64,000 nt of DNA from Methanosarcinales archaeon (GTDB taxonomy: Bacteria; Omnitrophota; Gorgyraeia; Duberdicusellales; 4484-171). The stretch lies in assembly GCA_048634245.1 (NCBI GenBank), contig JAIWAR010000003.1, positions 2,401-66,400 on the forward strand. Direction: 5' to 3'. Shown in pieces: positions 13,101 to 25,100 of this stretch (position 1 is the stretch's first letter; each line of letters opens with the position of its first letter). The notes under the pieces are model-generated. The model saw only the letters and a program-made list of their open reading frames with translations. It did not search any database and had not been told where the DNA came from. Both the position numbers and the translations under genes were made by a program.

Positions 13101-16100
13101 CCGGAGAAGAGTCGGCTCATGTAGGTGTAGGGCCATTCATGGAATCATGGGATGACGGGATAGCCATAGGATTAATGTGCTTATGGATGGTTGCGGATAC
13201 AGGAAAGAGCCTTACAGAGTACAGAGAAGAAATAGAAGCAATAATTGGCAAAAAATTCTATTACAAGAGAGGAAAAGTAGATTTAACAGAATCTTTGAAG
13301 AAAAAGACTGAAAACTTTATAGATAATGTAAGAGAAGAGCAGAAAAAGAAAATTCCTTTAGACAAGATGACAGTAATTAAAGCTTTAAAGAATCTCGGGC
13401 TAACACAAAAAACGGTATCAGTAATAACATCAGACGGATTAAAAGTAGTATTTGAGAGTGGAGATTGGTTTTGCATAAGGTTATCAGGTACACAGTTTGT
13501 GTCCAGGTTGTATACGGAAGTAACTGTGATAGAAAGAGAAAAAGACTTAGTATCTCTTGGAAATCAATTGTTTGAAGCTATTGATCGGCAGGGCGTACAA
13601 CGGGTAACTGACGGCGGGTTGTTAGAAGTAAATAAAGAGAAAAGACAAATCCGTTCTACCTACAATGAAGCAATGAAAGCGCCGTTCAAAAAGGCTGAAA
13701 TTATAGGCAGGGCTGACATTGTTGTTGGTATACCCTTCTTTGATGAAGTAAAGACAGTAGGTAATGTATTTAAGAAAGTAATGGAGGACCTGAAAAAACA
13801 TCACCATGGTAAGAAGTCTGTGATAATTTGCGCCGGCGGCCCTGCAGGCAAGCCTGCTCAGGAGGCTTTAGAAATTCTTGAAGGTATTACTCTGCCTTCT
13901 AATATAAAAAGGATAGCCTTTATTCTGCCTATCAGAGGTAAGGGCATAGGAGGAATGAGGCCGGTTATGGAATTAGCTGATATGTTGGGTGCTGAGGCCT
14001 GCACTTTCATTGACGCTGATGAGCGCAAGGTAACTGATGAATGGGTTTCTCTTATGGTTAATCCCATATTAAATCAGGGATATGATTATATTGCTTCTCG
14101 TTATGCCCGTTATAAACACGCCGCCACAATTACCAACCATTTAGCCTATCCTTTGATTGCAGCAATTTATGGAAAAGCAGTACGCCAGCCTATTGGCGGA
14201 GAATTTGCCTTTTCAAAAAGATTGATGAAATTATATCTCAAAAACCCAAAGGTCTGGTTTACCAATGTGGGTACCTACGGAGTAGATAACTGGCTTACTA
14301 CAAAAGCTATTGTTAATAAGATGAAAATGGGCGAGGTTGATTTAGGCGTTAAAGCGCATAGTTTTAGTGCTTTTCCTAAGCGGAAGGGGATGTTTATCCA
14401 GGTAACTGGTGAAGTATTTAGCCAGGTAAGGGAAAATGAGCGTTTCTGGGAAAAAGTAGAAAAGGTTAAGCCTATTGATATTGTCGGTCTATTGAGGGGG
14501 GAAACACCTGAATCTGTACCTCAGGACTACAGGGAGTGGCTTGGCGAGTTTAAGGATAATTTCGAGAAAAATCTTCCTGCATACAAAAAAATATTGCCGC
14601 AAGACGTAGTTAACAAATTAAAAATCCTGGCCTATACTAAAGATGAAGAGTTTGAACTTAAAGCTTCAGCCTGGGCAAAGATTGTTTATATTTTTCTTCT
14701 CCATTATAACTTTAATGCGGAGCCTATAGGGGAAGAATTCTGGGATGCGCTGGTTGCCATATGGCAGGCGCGGGTAGGTTCTTTCATCAGAGAGACTGAA
14801 AAAATGAGCCACGAGGAAGCAGGAAAGGTTATCTATAAACAACTTGAAGAGTTTATAGAAGCAAGAAGAGACTTTGTTGATAAATGGAGAGAGAAAGAAA
14901 ATCTTGATGGTGGAGTATCTTCAGAGTCAGATAGTGTTGAATTCGAAAGAGATTTTATATCTTTGAAAAGGAATTTTATAAAAAAATCGCAAAAGAAAAT
15001 TAAAACAGTAAAGAAGGAATTAGTAACTTATAAGCAAAAATCAAAAGAAACAGGTATTGGAGTAATGTGGTTCTCGACAAATTACGAATTTTACAAAAAA
15101 CACTTTAAAGAAGTGTCTTCTGAATTGAAAATGATTAAGAAAAGAGAGTTACCCGATCATGGGAAGAGAGTATATTTAATTGCTAAAGAATTTATAGAGG
15201 AGTTAGGGCTAAATCCTTTATCAGTAAAGGAGTTAACAGAATTTTTAAATAATCATGCTCAAAGACTTGAGCTTAATTTAGCAGAGATAGAGAGTTTCCC
15301 TACAATGTTAAAGCTATCTATACTTGAGGTATTTATTACCAAGTGCGATGCTCAAATTATCAAAGATATGGCAATCAGTGAAGCTGACAGCTTATTTAAA
15401 AATACAATCGATAATACGAAATTTATAAACATCATTGATTTCCCTTCTTTTATAGGTGATATGAGTATAATTGACAGTGTTTTGAAACAAGATTCGACTT
15501 ATTTGTATATGGATGCTGAAACACAGGATAATTATAGAAGGACTGTTTACGATATATCTCAAAAAGCAAAGGTTTCTGAACAAACGGTTTCCCGTAAAGC
15601 GTTAGAATTGTCTTTGTCGTATAAAATAAGAGCGCCGGATAAAATTGATACATATTATTATGATTTTAGACCGGGGTATATCGGATATTACCTTATAGAT
15701 AAAGGGAGGGAAGAATTAGAAACTTTATTAAGCATTACTCCTACTATAATCGAATCGGCTAAAAATTGGATTTATGAACATCGCAGCTATCTTTATTTAG
15801 GGGCTATTTTTAGTATAGCAATTCTTGAAACAGCGGCAGTATTATTTTATTTGGCGCTACTCGATATTCACCCTGTTACGATAGCCTTGGTATCTTTGGC
15901 ATTTTTCTTTGTTTTCAATGATGTAGCCGCGCATCTTATGAATAATTTAATGAATAAATTTGCAAAAGTTCGAAAACTTCCCAAGATGGACTTCTGGAAT
16001 GGCGTGCCGGAAGAATACAAGACATTAATAATTTTTAATGTTCTTCTAATAAGTAAGCAAAATGCTCAGGAGTGTATTACGGCTGTTGAAAAGACATTTT

Positions 16101-19100
16101 TGGATAATGTTGATAGATATATATCTTTAGGGATTTTAGGAGACTTTCCCGAATCCGCTGAGGCGCATTTATCGGTAGAAAATAAAGAAATAATGGCTTA
16201 TGTTGAAGAAAGTATAAGCTCATTGAATGATAAATATCAATCCAAACTAGGGTATTCTCCTTTTTATCTGTTTATTCGTAAAAGAACATGGAATGAAAAA
16301 TTCAAAAAATGGATGGGTTGGGAAAGAAAAAGGGGAGGGCTTATAGAGTTGAATCGCTGGCTTAGGAATCCTCTTGCGAAAACTAATTTTATAAAGATTA
16401 TCGGAGACAAGAAAACTATAAGAGGGGCCAAATATGTAATTACTTTGGATGAGGATATTGAGGTGCCAAAAACAATAGCTAAAAGATTCGTTGAGATTAT
16501 GGCCCATCCTTTAAATAGGCCGGTGATTGACCCCGATAAAAATATCGTAGCGCAAGGATATGGGATGGTATATCCATGGTTGGGCATAATACCGGCTTTT
16601 CGTGAACATAAATCTTCTAGGACATTATATAGACAAGTTGACCTATGGCAGAGAGGACAAAGGGATATAGGAGTATATAAGTATGCTTTTCCTGATATCC
16701 ACCAGTATATTTTTGATGAGGGAACATTTACAGGAAAAGGGATTTATGATGTAGAGGTATTTCAGTCTATCTTGGATAATCGGTTTCCGGCTGACCGTCT
16801 TTTAAGCCACGATCAAATCGAAAGTTTTTATATGAGGTCTGCTTTGGCAACAGATATGGTATTGTTAGAGGGAACTGTAGGGGATGCTTTAAATGACTAT
16901 AAACGCAAAGAGCGCTGGACAAGGGGTGATTGGCAGGATGTCTGTTGGATGTTTGGAAAAATCCCTGCGAGAATTGGGGACAAATTGTTTGCAGAATATA
17001 ACCCGGTATCTTTTTATAACAAATGGAAAATATTCGATAAGGTGCGAAGGACTTTTATCCCTCAGAGCCTCCTGTTTCTTTTAATTTTTGGATGGTTTAC
17101 GCCGCAAATACCGGTTATAGCCTGGACTTTATTTGTTTCTCTCCTTGCTGTATTCAATAGAATACCCATTACCCTTAATCCTATAGCCTGGAAACATTTA
17201 ATCCCAAGAATTTTCTTTTTTGCTGCATTCGATATGAGTTTGCTTGTATACTCTGCATACCAAAATATGAGTGTTATGAAAACTATCTTTGGGAAAAAGC
17301 TGATTACCAATCCTAACTTAGATTGGGTTTCTGCTTCCGAAGCAGGAAAGTACAAAGAAACAAAAACATTGAAGGGGATTTTGAATTGGGCGAAAAGGCC
17401 GCTTATATGCGTATGGTTAATGAATATAGCTTTATATATATTTAATCCTCAGGCCTTGGTTGTTTCCCTTCCTATTTTAATCTTCTGGTCAATCACACCT
17501 TTTATGCTTTATAGATTGAGCGGCCCGGAATTTCCCAGCTGGCTTTCCTTATATAACAAATTATGGTATTTGGGTTGGCTAATGCGGCCCAAATGGGCAG
17601 AGGATAAACTGAAGAGAACATTACTTAGTGCTGACGATATAGAAGACGGTCAAAAAGATTACCTGCGAAATGTAGCATTTGATACCTGGAGTTGGTTTGA
17701 GAGATATGTTAATGAGAAAGAGAATTGGTTGCCGCCGGATAATACAATATATAATTCTGCGGATGAAATTGCCGATTATACTTCACCGACGAGTATTGGG
17801 TTATATCTGGTATCCGTTATTTCTGCTTATGATTTAGGGTTTATTTCTAAAGATGAGGCTGTGAGGCGCATAGAAAATACTTTGAATACAGTGCAGAAGT
17901 TAGAAAAATGGCATGGCCACCTTTTTAATTATTATAATACTCGTACTCTTGTCGTGACGAGACGGTATATTTCTGTAGTAGATAGTGGAAACTTTCTTGC
18001 CAGTTTAATTGTTGTGGTTCAGTTTTTTCCTGAGAATAAAATGTCTAAAATAGCTTCGGCTTTATTAGAAGAAATGAATTTTGCCCCTTTATATGATTTC
18101 GAAAAAGGGTTTTTCTATACCGGATATGACCAAGATGTTCAACATTTAACTAATAGTTACGACACATCAAGGCCTCATTTTACGGCTCTAGAGGAAGAAA
18201 TATCCCAGAAGTTTACTATTTCTTACTATGATTTATTAGCGAGTGAAGCGCGGCTGGGCAGTTTTACAGCTATAGCTAAGGGAGATATACCTGATATTCA
18301 TTGGTTTAACCTAAAAAGGCCTGTTAGTGATGGAGCAAATAAGGTTATCTTAAGCTGGGGTGGAACGGCATTTGAGTTTTTAATGCCGCAACTTTTTATG
18401 AAAGAAAAAGAAATTGCTCCCTACTGGCTGGGATTAAATAACTTAAGAGCAGTTGAGGCTCAGATAGAGTATGCAAAGAAGAATACATTACCTGCTTGGG
18501 GTATTTCCGAGTCCGCTTATCCTGTAGTTACTCCCGGTGGCAGATATTATTATAAAGCCTTTGGAACGCCTAGCCTGGGGATTAAATATCTCACTTCTGA
18601 TGAAAAAGCGAAAAACATAATCGCTCCTTATGCTTCAATATTAGGTGTGGAATTTGCACCTTTGCAAGTTGTCAGCAATCTTATTAATTTAGAAGGGGTA
18701 TCGGCGAGAGGCGAATACGGATTTTATGATTCTGTTGATTTAGATGAAGGTGAGGTGAGTATATCGTATATGTCCCATCATCAGGGGATGAGTTTGATTG
18801 CCTTAAATAATTATTTAAATAAGGGGATTGTAAGAGAAAGATTTCATTCTCATCCTTTAATTAGTAATGTCGAAAATCTATTAGCTGAGGATTCGCTATT
18901 GGAAGATAAATTTAATATGCTTAATTTAAAGAGAAATAGAATATTTGATCAAAATACTTTTCCTTCCGAAGCAAACCTTTTAAGCAATAGAGCCTATTCC
19001 TTATGGGTTACGAATAAGGGCAACGGGGCCAGTAAAATGAGTAAAGAGCTATGCGGAGACCCTAACTTTTTTGTTACAAGGTTTAGAGATGATCCCCTAA

Positions 19101-22100
19101 AAGACTGGGGCAAATATTTTTATATTAAAGATGAAGATAGCCAAAAGGTTTGGTCTTTAGGGTTCGATCCTTTAAAAGAAAACCCCGACAGTTATGAAGT
19201 TATCCATAATTTTCATTCCACGCAGATTATGCATAAAAAGGAAGGAATAAAGATAGAAGCAAAACTTTTTGTGCCCAACGAAGGCAGTTTAGAAATCTGG
19301 CAGATAACTTTGCAGAATGAGGGGAAGGGAGAACGAAATTTAAGCGTTACAAGTTATCTGGAGTGGGTATTAAATAATATAGAGTTGGATATTAATCATC
19401 CTTTTTACAATAGACTATTTATTAAGACTACATATGACCCTTCTTTAAAAGCTATTTTTGCAGAGCATGAAAAAACAAATGTTTTGGGATTTCATTCTGT
19501 AAATATTGAACCTTTTGCTTTCGAAACTTCCCGGCGCGATTTTATCGGTAGAGGAAGAAACCTTGATTCTCCCCAAGCTTTGGCTAAAGGCCTGTCAAAT
19601 TCCCAAGGATATACTTTAGATGCCATAGGTTCTTTAAAGGTGGATATAAAACTCTTAGCGTTTGAGTCTAAGACGATCATTTTTACGATAGGCGCGGTTA
19701 ATGACAGGGAGGAAGCAAAGCATTTAATTACAAAATATACAGATTCCTCAAATGCCTATAAAGCCTTAAGAGATAATTCTTTTGCAATCTGGAAACATCT
19801 TTACAATTTAGGATTAAGTTATAGGGAAAGAGAAATAATAGCGTCTCTTGCTTCAAAATTAATTTATAGAGACGTAAATTTACAAGGTGATATTCAGGCC
19901 AGGATATCTAATCGAGGGGGCCAACCAGAGTTATGGAAGTATGAAATTTCAGGTGATTGGCCGCTTATCTTATTTAAAATTTCCTCGCTTGATAGAATAA
20001 AAGATGCAATGATCCTTATTAAAGGGCAGGGGATATTAAAGGATAAACTCTTTACGACCGAGCTATTGATTTTAAATACTTGTAAAAATGATAAAGAAAG
20101 AAATGAAATTAATTTTATTTTGGATACCTTACTTCCCCAGGGAGTATTTATTTTAAATGAAATAGACATTCCGCAAGAGGATTTATGGCTTCTGGAATCC
20201 CGGGCAAGAGTAGTCATTAATAAATCATTAGAAGCTTCTTTTGAAGGTACTAAAGACGGAGGTAAGGCATCTAGCGGTTATTTTACAGAAGATGGAAAAG
20301 AGTTTATTATCACGACACCTTTGACACCTCGCCCCTGGGCACATATCTTAGCCAATCCTGAATATGGGACTTTAGTTACTAACTCAGGGGCGGGATATTC
20401 CTGGTTTATGAATGCTCAGCAGAATAGGATAACGCCTTTTGCTCCAGACGGCGTAACGGATGATTCCAGAAAGATACTTTACATACGAGATTTAGATACT
20501 AATGAGATTTTTTCTCCCACATATAATCCGTTTAAAGATTCTGACAATCTCTTGATAAGATACGGGTTAGGATATGCTGTTTTTGAGAAAGTCAAAAACA
20601 ATATATCTATTCAGCTGACAGTCTTTGTGCCGCAGGATGAGCCTCTTGAGATTTGGATTTTGAAGTTGAAAAATTTAGGGAAAGAGAGAAAGAGGCTGGC
20701 CGTTACTAATTATTTTGAGCTGGTTTTAGGAGATACTCCTGAGAATACCAGATATAAAGTTTTATCTTATTATGATAAGACTTTGGAGGCGTTGCTGTTT
20801 AGCAACAAAACAGGTAATTTTAAAGATGCGATAGCATTTTCTTCCCTAAATTTAAATCCGGTTAGTTTTGAGACTGATAGGCAGAGATTTATAGGAGTAA
20901 ATAGGGATTTAAATAATCCCGAAAGTATTGAAAAGGGGGAGTTATCCGGATCTCAGGGGATTAATGTCGAGAGTATCGCTAGTCTTTTGGGAGAAATAGA
21001 AATAGAACCTTTTGAGGAAAAGGTAGTTGTATTTACCTTAGGCGAAGCGCAAAGTTTTGATGAGGCAGCAGCACTTATAGGAAAATATAAAGATACGGTT
21101 AAGGCTGAGGAATCTTTAGAAAATACAAAGTCTTACTGGTTGAATCTTCTTGAATCATTCAAAGTTGATACTCCGGATAGAGAATTAAATATTATGGTGA
21201 ATTACTGGCTGAAGTATCAATCAATTGCATGCCATTTATGGGCACGAACCGGATATTATCAGTCAGGGGGAGCAATAGGGTTTAGGGACCAGCTACAAAC
21301 CAGTTTGATTGGTCTTTATACTGATTCTGAAATAACCCGAAGACAAATAATTCTACATAGCGCGCATCAGTTTGAAGAAGGGGATGTTCAGCACTGGTGG
21401 CATCCGGAGAATAATTTGGGCGCACGCACCCTTATTTCCGACAATCTACTTTGGCTGGCTTATGTCTTATATCATTACACAACAGCCACGGGTGATTGGT
21501 CTATTTTGGATATTGAAGTTCCTTATTTAAAAGGAAGATTATTGGAAGAAGGAAAAGAAGGTGATGTATTTATCCCTGAAATCTCTGATAGAAAGGATAC
21601 GATTTACAAACATGCCTTAAAGGCTATTGATTATGCACTTAATAGATTTGGGCCGCATGGTTTACCTTTAATCGGCGCGGGCGACTGGAATGATGGTTTT
21701 AGTAATGTTGGGATGAAAGGACAAGGTGAAAGCGTCTGGCTTGCCTTTTTCTTATATGATGTATTAGTAAAATTTTCTAAAATAGTTGAGGCAATGGAAG
21801 GAAAAGAAAGAGAAGAATATTATTTAATGAGAGCCGAATCACTCAGAAAGGCAGTTGAGGAATATTGTTGGGATGGAGATTGGTACGTAAGAATTTTTGA
21901 TGATGATGGAAATGTTATTGGCAGTAAGGAAAGTGATGAGTGGAAAATAGATTTGATCCCTCAAGCGTGGGGAGTGATTTCAGGAGCTGCGGATAAAAAG
22001 AGGGTAATAAAAGCGATGGAATCAGTGGGGAAATATCTTATTAAGGGCAATTTAGTACTTTTAAGCACTCCGCCTTTTGAGTATACAAATTTGAATCCGG

Positions 22101-25100
22101 GAAGGATTAAAGAATATCCTTCCGGTGTGCGTGAGAATGGAGGGCAATATACACATGCAGCTACCTGGTTAGTGTTAGCGTTGTCTCTTTTAGGAGAGAA
22201 AGAGAGAGCTTGTCAAACATTTAAAGATTTGCTACCGATAACCCATGATCCAGATATATACGAAGCTGAGCCGTATATACTTGCCGCAGATGTGTATGGG
22301 GTAGGGCATTTAGAAGGAAAAGCAGGTTGGACGTGGTATACCGGGGCTGCAGCCTGGTTGTTTAGAGCAGCAGTTGAAGGAATGTTGGGAATAAGATTAG
22401 AGAATGGAGAAATATCACTGAGTGGTTCTTTACCAAAACAGTTATCTCCTACTAAAGTGTTTCGAAAGGGAGAAAAAGACATTGTAAAAAAAGACGGGGG
22501 TAATAAATTTGATAAGGACATTTTTATTAAAGATATAAATGGGAAAAATTTAAAACTCATTGGGTATGTTTTTAGAGATTCGAGGGATATTTTTGACGGC
22601 GGCAGGACAGATGGAGGAAAGGATATTAATCTTATCATAGAATTTCTGATTATTTTAGAAAGTAAGCTCACTGATTCTAACGGGAATGTCCAGCAAGCTG
22701 TTGTTAGGGCCTTAGCTAGCGTATATCCGGAACTAATCCAACAAGAGAAAATGTCTTTATCCGCTTTAGAAAGCAAGCTTACTGATGCTGATCGGTATGT
22801 CCAGCAAGCTGTTGTTAGGGCCTTAGCTAGCGTATATCCGGAACTAATTCAACAAGAGAAAATGTCTTTATCCGCCTTAGAAAGTAAACTCACTGATTCT
22901 AACTGGGGTGTCCGGCAAGCTGCTGTTAAGGCTTTAGCCAGCATATATCCGAAATTAATCCAACAGGGGAAAACCCCTGATTTATCCGCCTTAGAAAGCA
23001 AGCTTACTGATTCTAACTGGGAGGTCCAGCAAGCTGCTGTTGAGGCCTTAGCCAGTGTATATCCGGAACTAATCCAACAAGGAAAAATGTCTTTATCCGC
23101 CTTAGAAAGTAAACTTACTGATGTTGACTGGCGTGTTCAGCAAACTGCTGTTAAGGCTTTAGCCAGCATATATCCGAAATTAATCCAACAGGGAAAAACC
23201 CCTGATTTATCCGCCTTAGAAAGTAAACTTACTGATGTTGACTGGCGTGTTCAGCAACCTGCTGTTGAGGCCTTAACCAGCATATACCCGGAACTAATCC
23301 AACAAGGGAAAATGTCTTTATCCGCCTTAGAAAGCAAGTTTATTGATTCTAACTGGAATATCCAGCAACCTGCTGTTAAGGCCTTAACTAGTATATATTC
23401 GAAATTAATCCAACAGGGAAAAACCCCTGATTTATCCGCCTTAAAAAACAAGCTTACCGATGCTGACTGGCGTGTCCAGCAAGCTGCTGTTGAGGCCTTA
23501 GCCAGCATATACCCGGAACTAATTCGTCAAGGGGAAATGAGTGATGAAGATTATGAAAAGTATGAATTGTGGAACGAGGAGAAAATGCCTTATCAGGAGG
23601 AAGTGATTAATGCATACCTTGCTGCGTCTGATCCTCGGATATTCATAACTTCTTTAAAGCAGAAAGCAGAGATAGCAGTAAACAAAGGGTTTGATTATAA
23701 AAATTCAAAGCAGTGCTGGTTTGCCTTTGTGGGAGTAAGGATAAAAGGGATAGACATAAATTGGGAGGAATTTACCAAGAGGATGGAAACTTTGGTAAGA
23801 TTTGACCAGAAGCACCCAGGCTATTTTAACTATCTTTTTACCAAAGTAAGAGGATTAAATATACTTGAAGTTAGCGCTGAAGGCATAAGGCAGACAGATG
23901 TAAGCAGTGTGGATAAAGAGGTTTTAACCAATAATGTTGAGCAATTGACACAGATAAAGAAAAAGATAGACAGCTTAACCTGGCTTAATGAATCTTTCCC
24001 GAAGGATAAGAAATTGAATCTACGCAACTTCTACTACCAGATAAAGAAGCAGGAGGTTTTAAAGCAGGGACAAATAAGGCAAAACGACAGATTCAGGGTT
24101 GAATTTCCTTCCCAAGAAGAAATGGAAGCTGAGATTAAGAATAACAAAAAACAGTTTTACCGTATAGCTTTCGAGTTAACCTACGCCAGGCTGGGTAACA
24201 GGCAAGAGCGGGGAAAATACCTTAAGTTGATAAGGGATTTAATAGTCAGCGATATACTTGAAGATGAAACTTTGCGAGTCCAGATGCATTCCTCCGACTT
24301 AGAAACAAAAATATCCGCCTTTAAAAACTTTTATGAGGACTACAAGAATCACCTTCCTGACTCTTCAGGAATAAAGGTAGGAAGCATAAAGGGATTAAGG
24401 GAGATGTTTGAAAATCTTTCCCAAAAGGTATATGAAGAATTAGCTAAGGTAACAGTAGTAAAAAAACAAGGTAAGGAAACCTACCACTTAATCCCCGCAG
24501 GATTTTTGGCCGTATTTAGAGGTAGAGCCGGTATACTTGACTGTTCTTTTGATGAAGATAAAGGCACTCCTTACACTCGGGCAATGCATGAGGATACTCT
24601 TTACTATTTTGTGTATAAAGGCAGAGAATTAAAGGGCTATATGGGGTTATGCTTGGGTGAAGCCAAAGATGGAAGGAAAATATTAACCGTAGACACCATG
24701 AATTCTCCTTCTTTAGACGGCAAGGAATTGTTAACCAATCTATTCAAGGAGTTAGCTGAAATAGGCGGGCAATTAGGCTGCTCCGGTATTGCTTTACCTG
24801 TTGTCTTAGAACCTTCGTTTAATTTTGATAATGAAGATACGATTTCGACGATGACGATTTATCAAAGAGCTAACAGAATAACTCTTAGGCCGGTTCACAA
24901 GGAGAGCTGGCAGAAATTTACTGATATGTTTGGTGAAGATACCTATAACAGCATAGAAAGCGGCTCCTTCAAATTACTGGATATCGTTATACCGGCTGTT
25001 GCAAGAAAAAGTAGTCAGCGAAAAGACCAAGAGAAAAATAGTAAGGTTAAGTCTGATTTAGGTGATGATGAGCTTGATGGTGGTGGTAAAGAAGAGATTG

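Noticed and set aside
2090-14900. Possibility that the internal duplications (2090-3380/13620-14900; 3500-5700/6960-9140; 48505-49370/54985-55430) are assembly artefacts
   Set aside because: Copies are diverged, with many scattered substitutions and an indel, rather than identical. Reading frame is preserved across every junction, and each pair has different flanks. This fits genuine ancient in-gene duplications, though long-read validation is still advisable.
22213-23508. Minus-strand ORFs 22213..22776 (187 aa) and 23251..23508 (85 aa) with internally repetitive peptides
   Set aside because: They are mirror images of the in-frame HEAT-repeat array and GH94 C-terminus on the plus strand. Their repetitiveness comes from the 111/114-nt tandem repeats, not from an independent gene.
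22655-23530. Tandem direct repeats that could resemble a CRISPR array or VNTR at nucleotide level
   Set aside because: Repeat units are 111/114 nt, far longer than CRISPR repeats, and contiguous without unique spacers. They are in frame and encode canonical HEAT repeats (DxxWxVRxxAxxALxxIYP), so this is a coding repeat.
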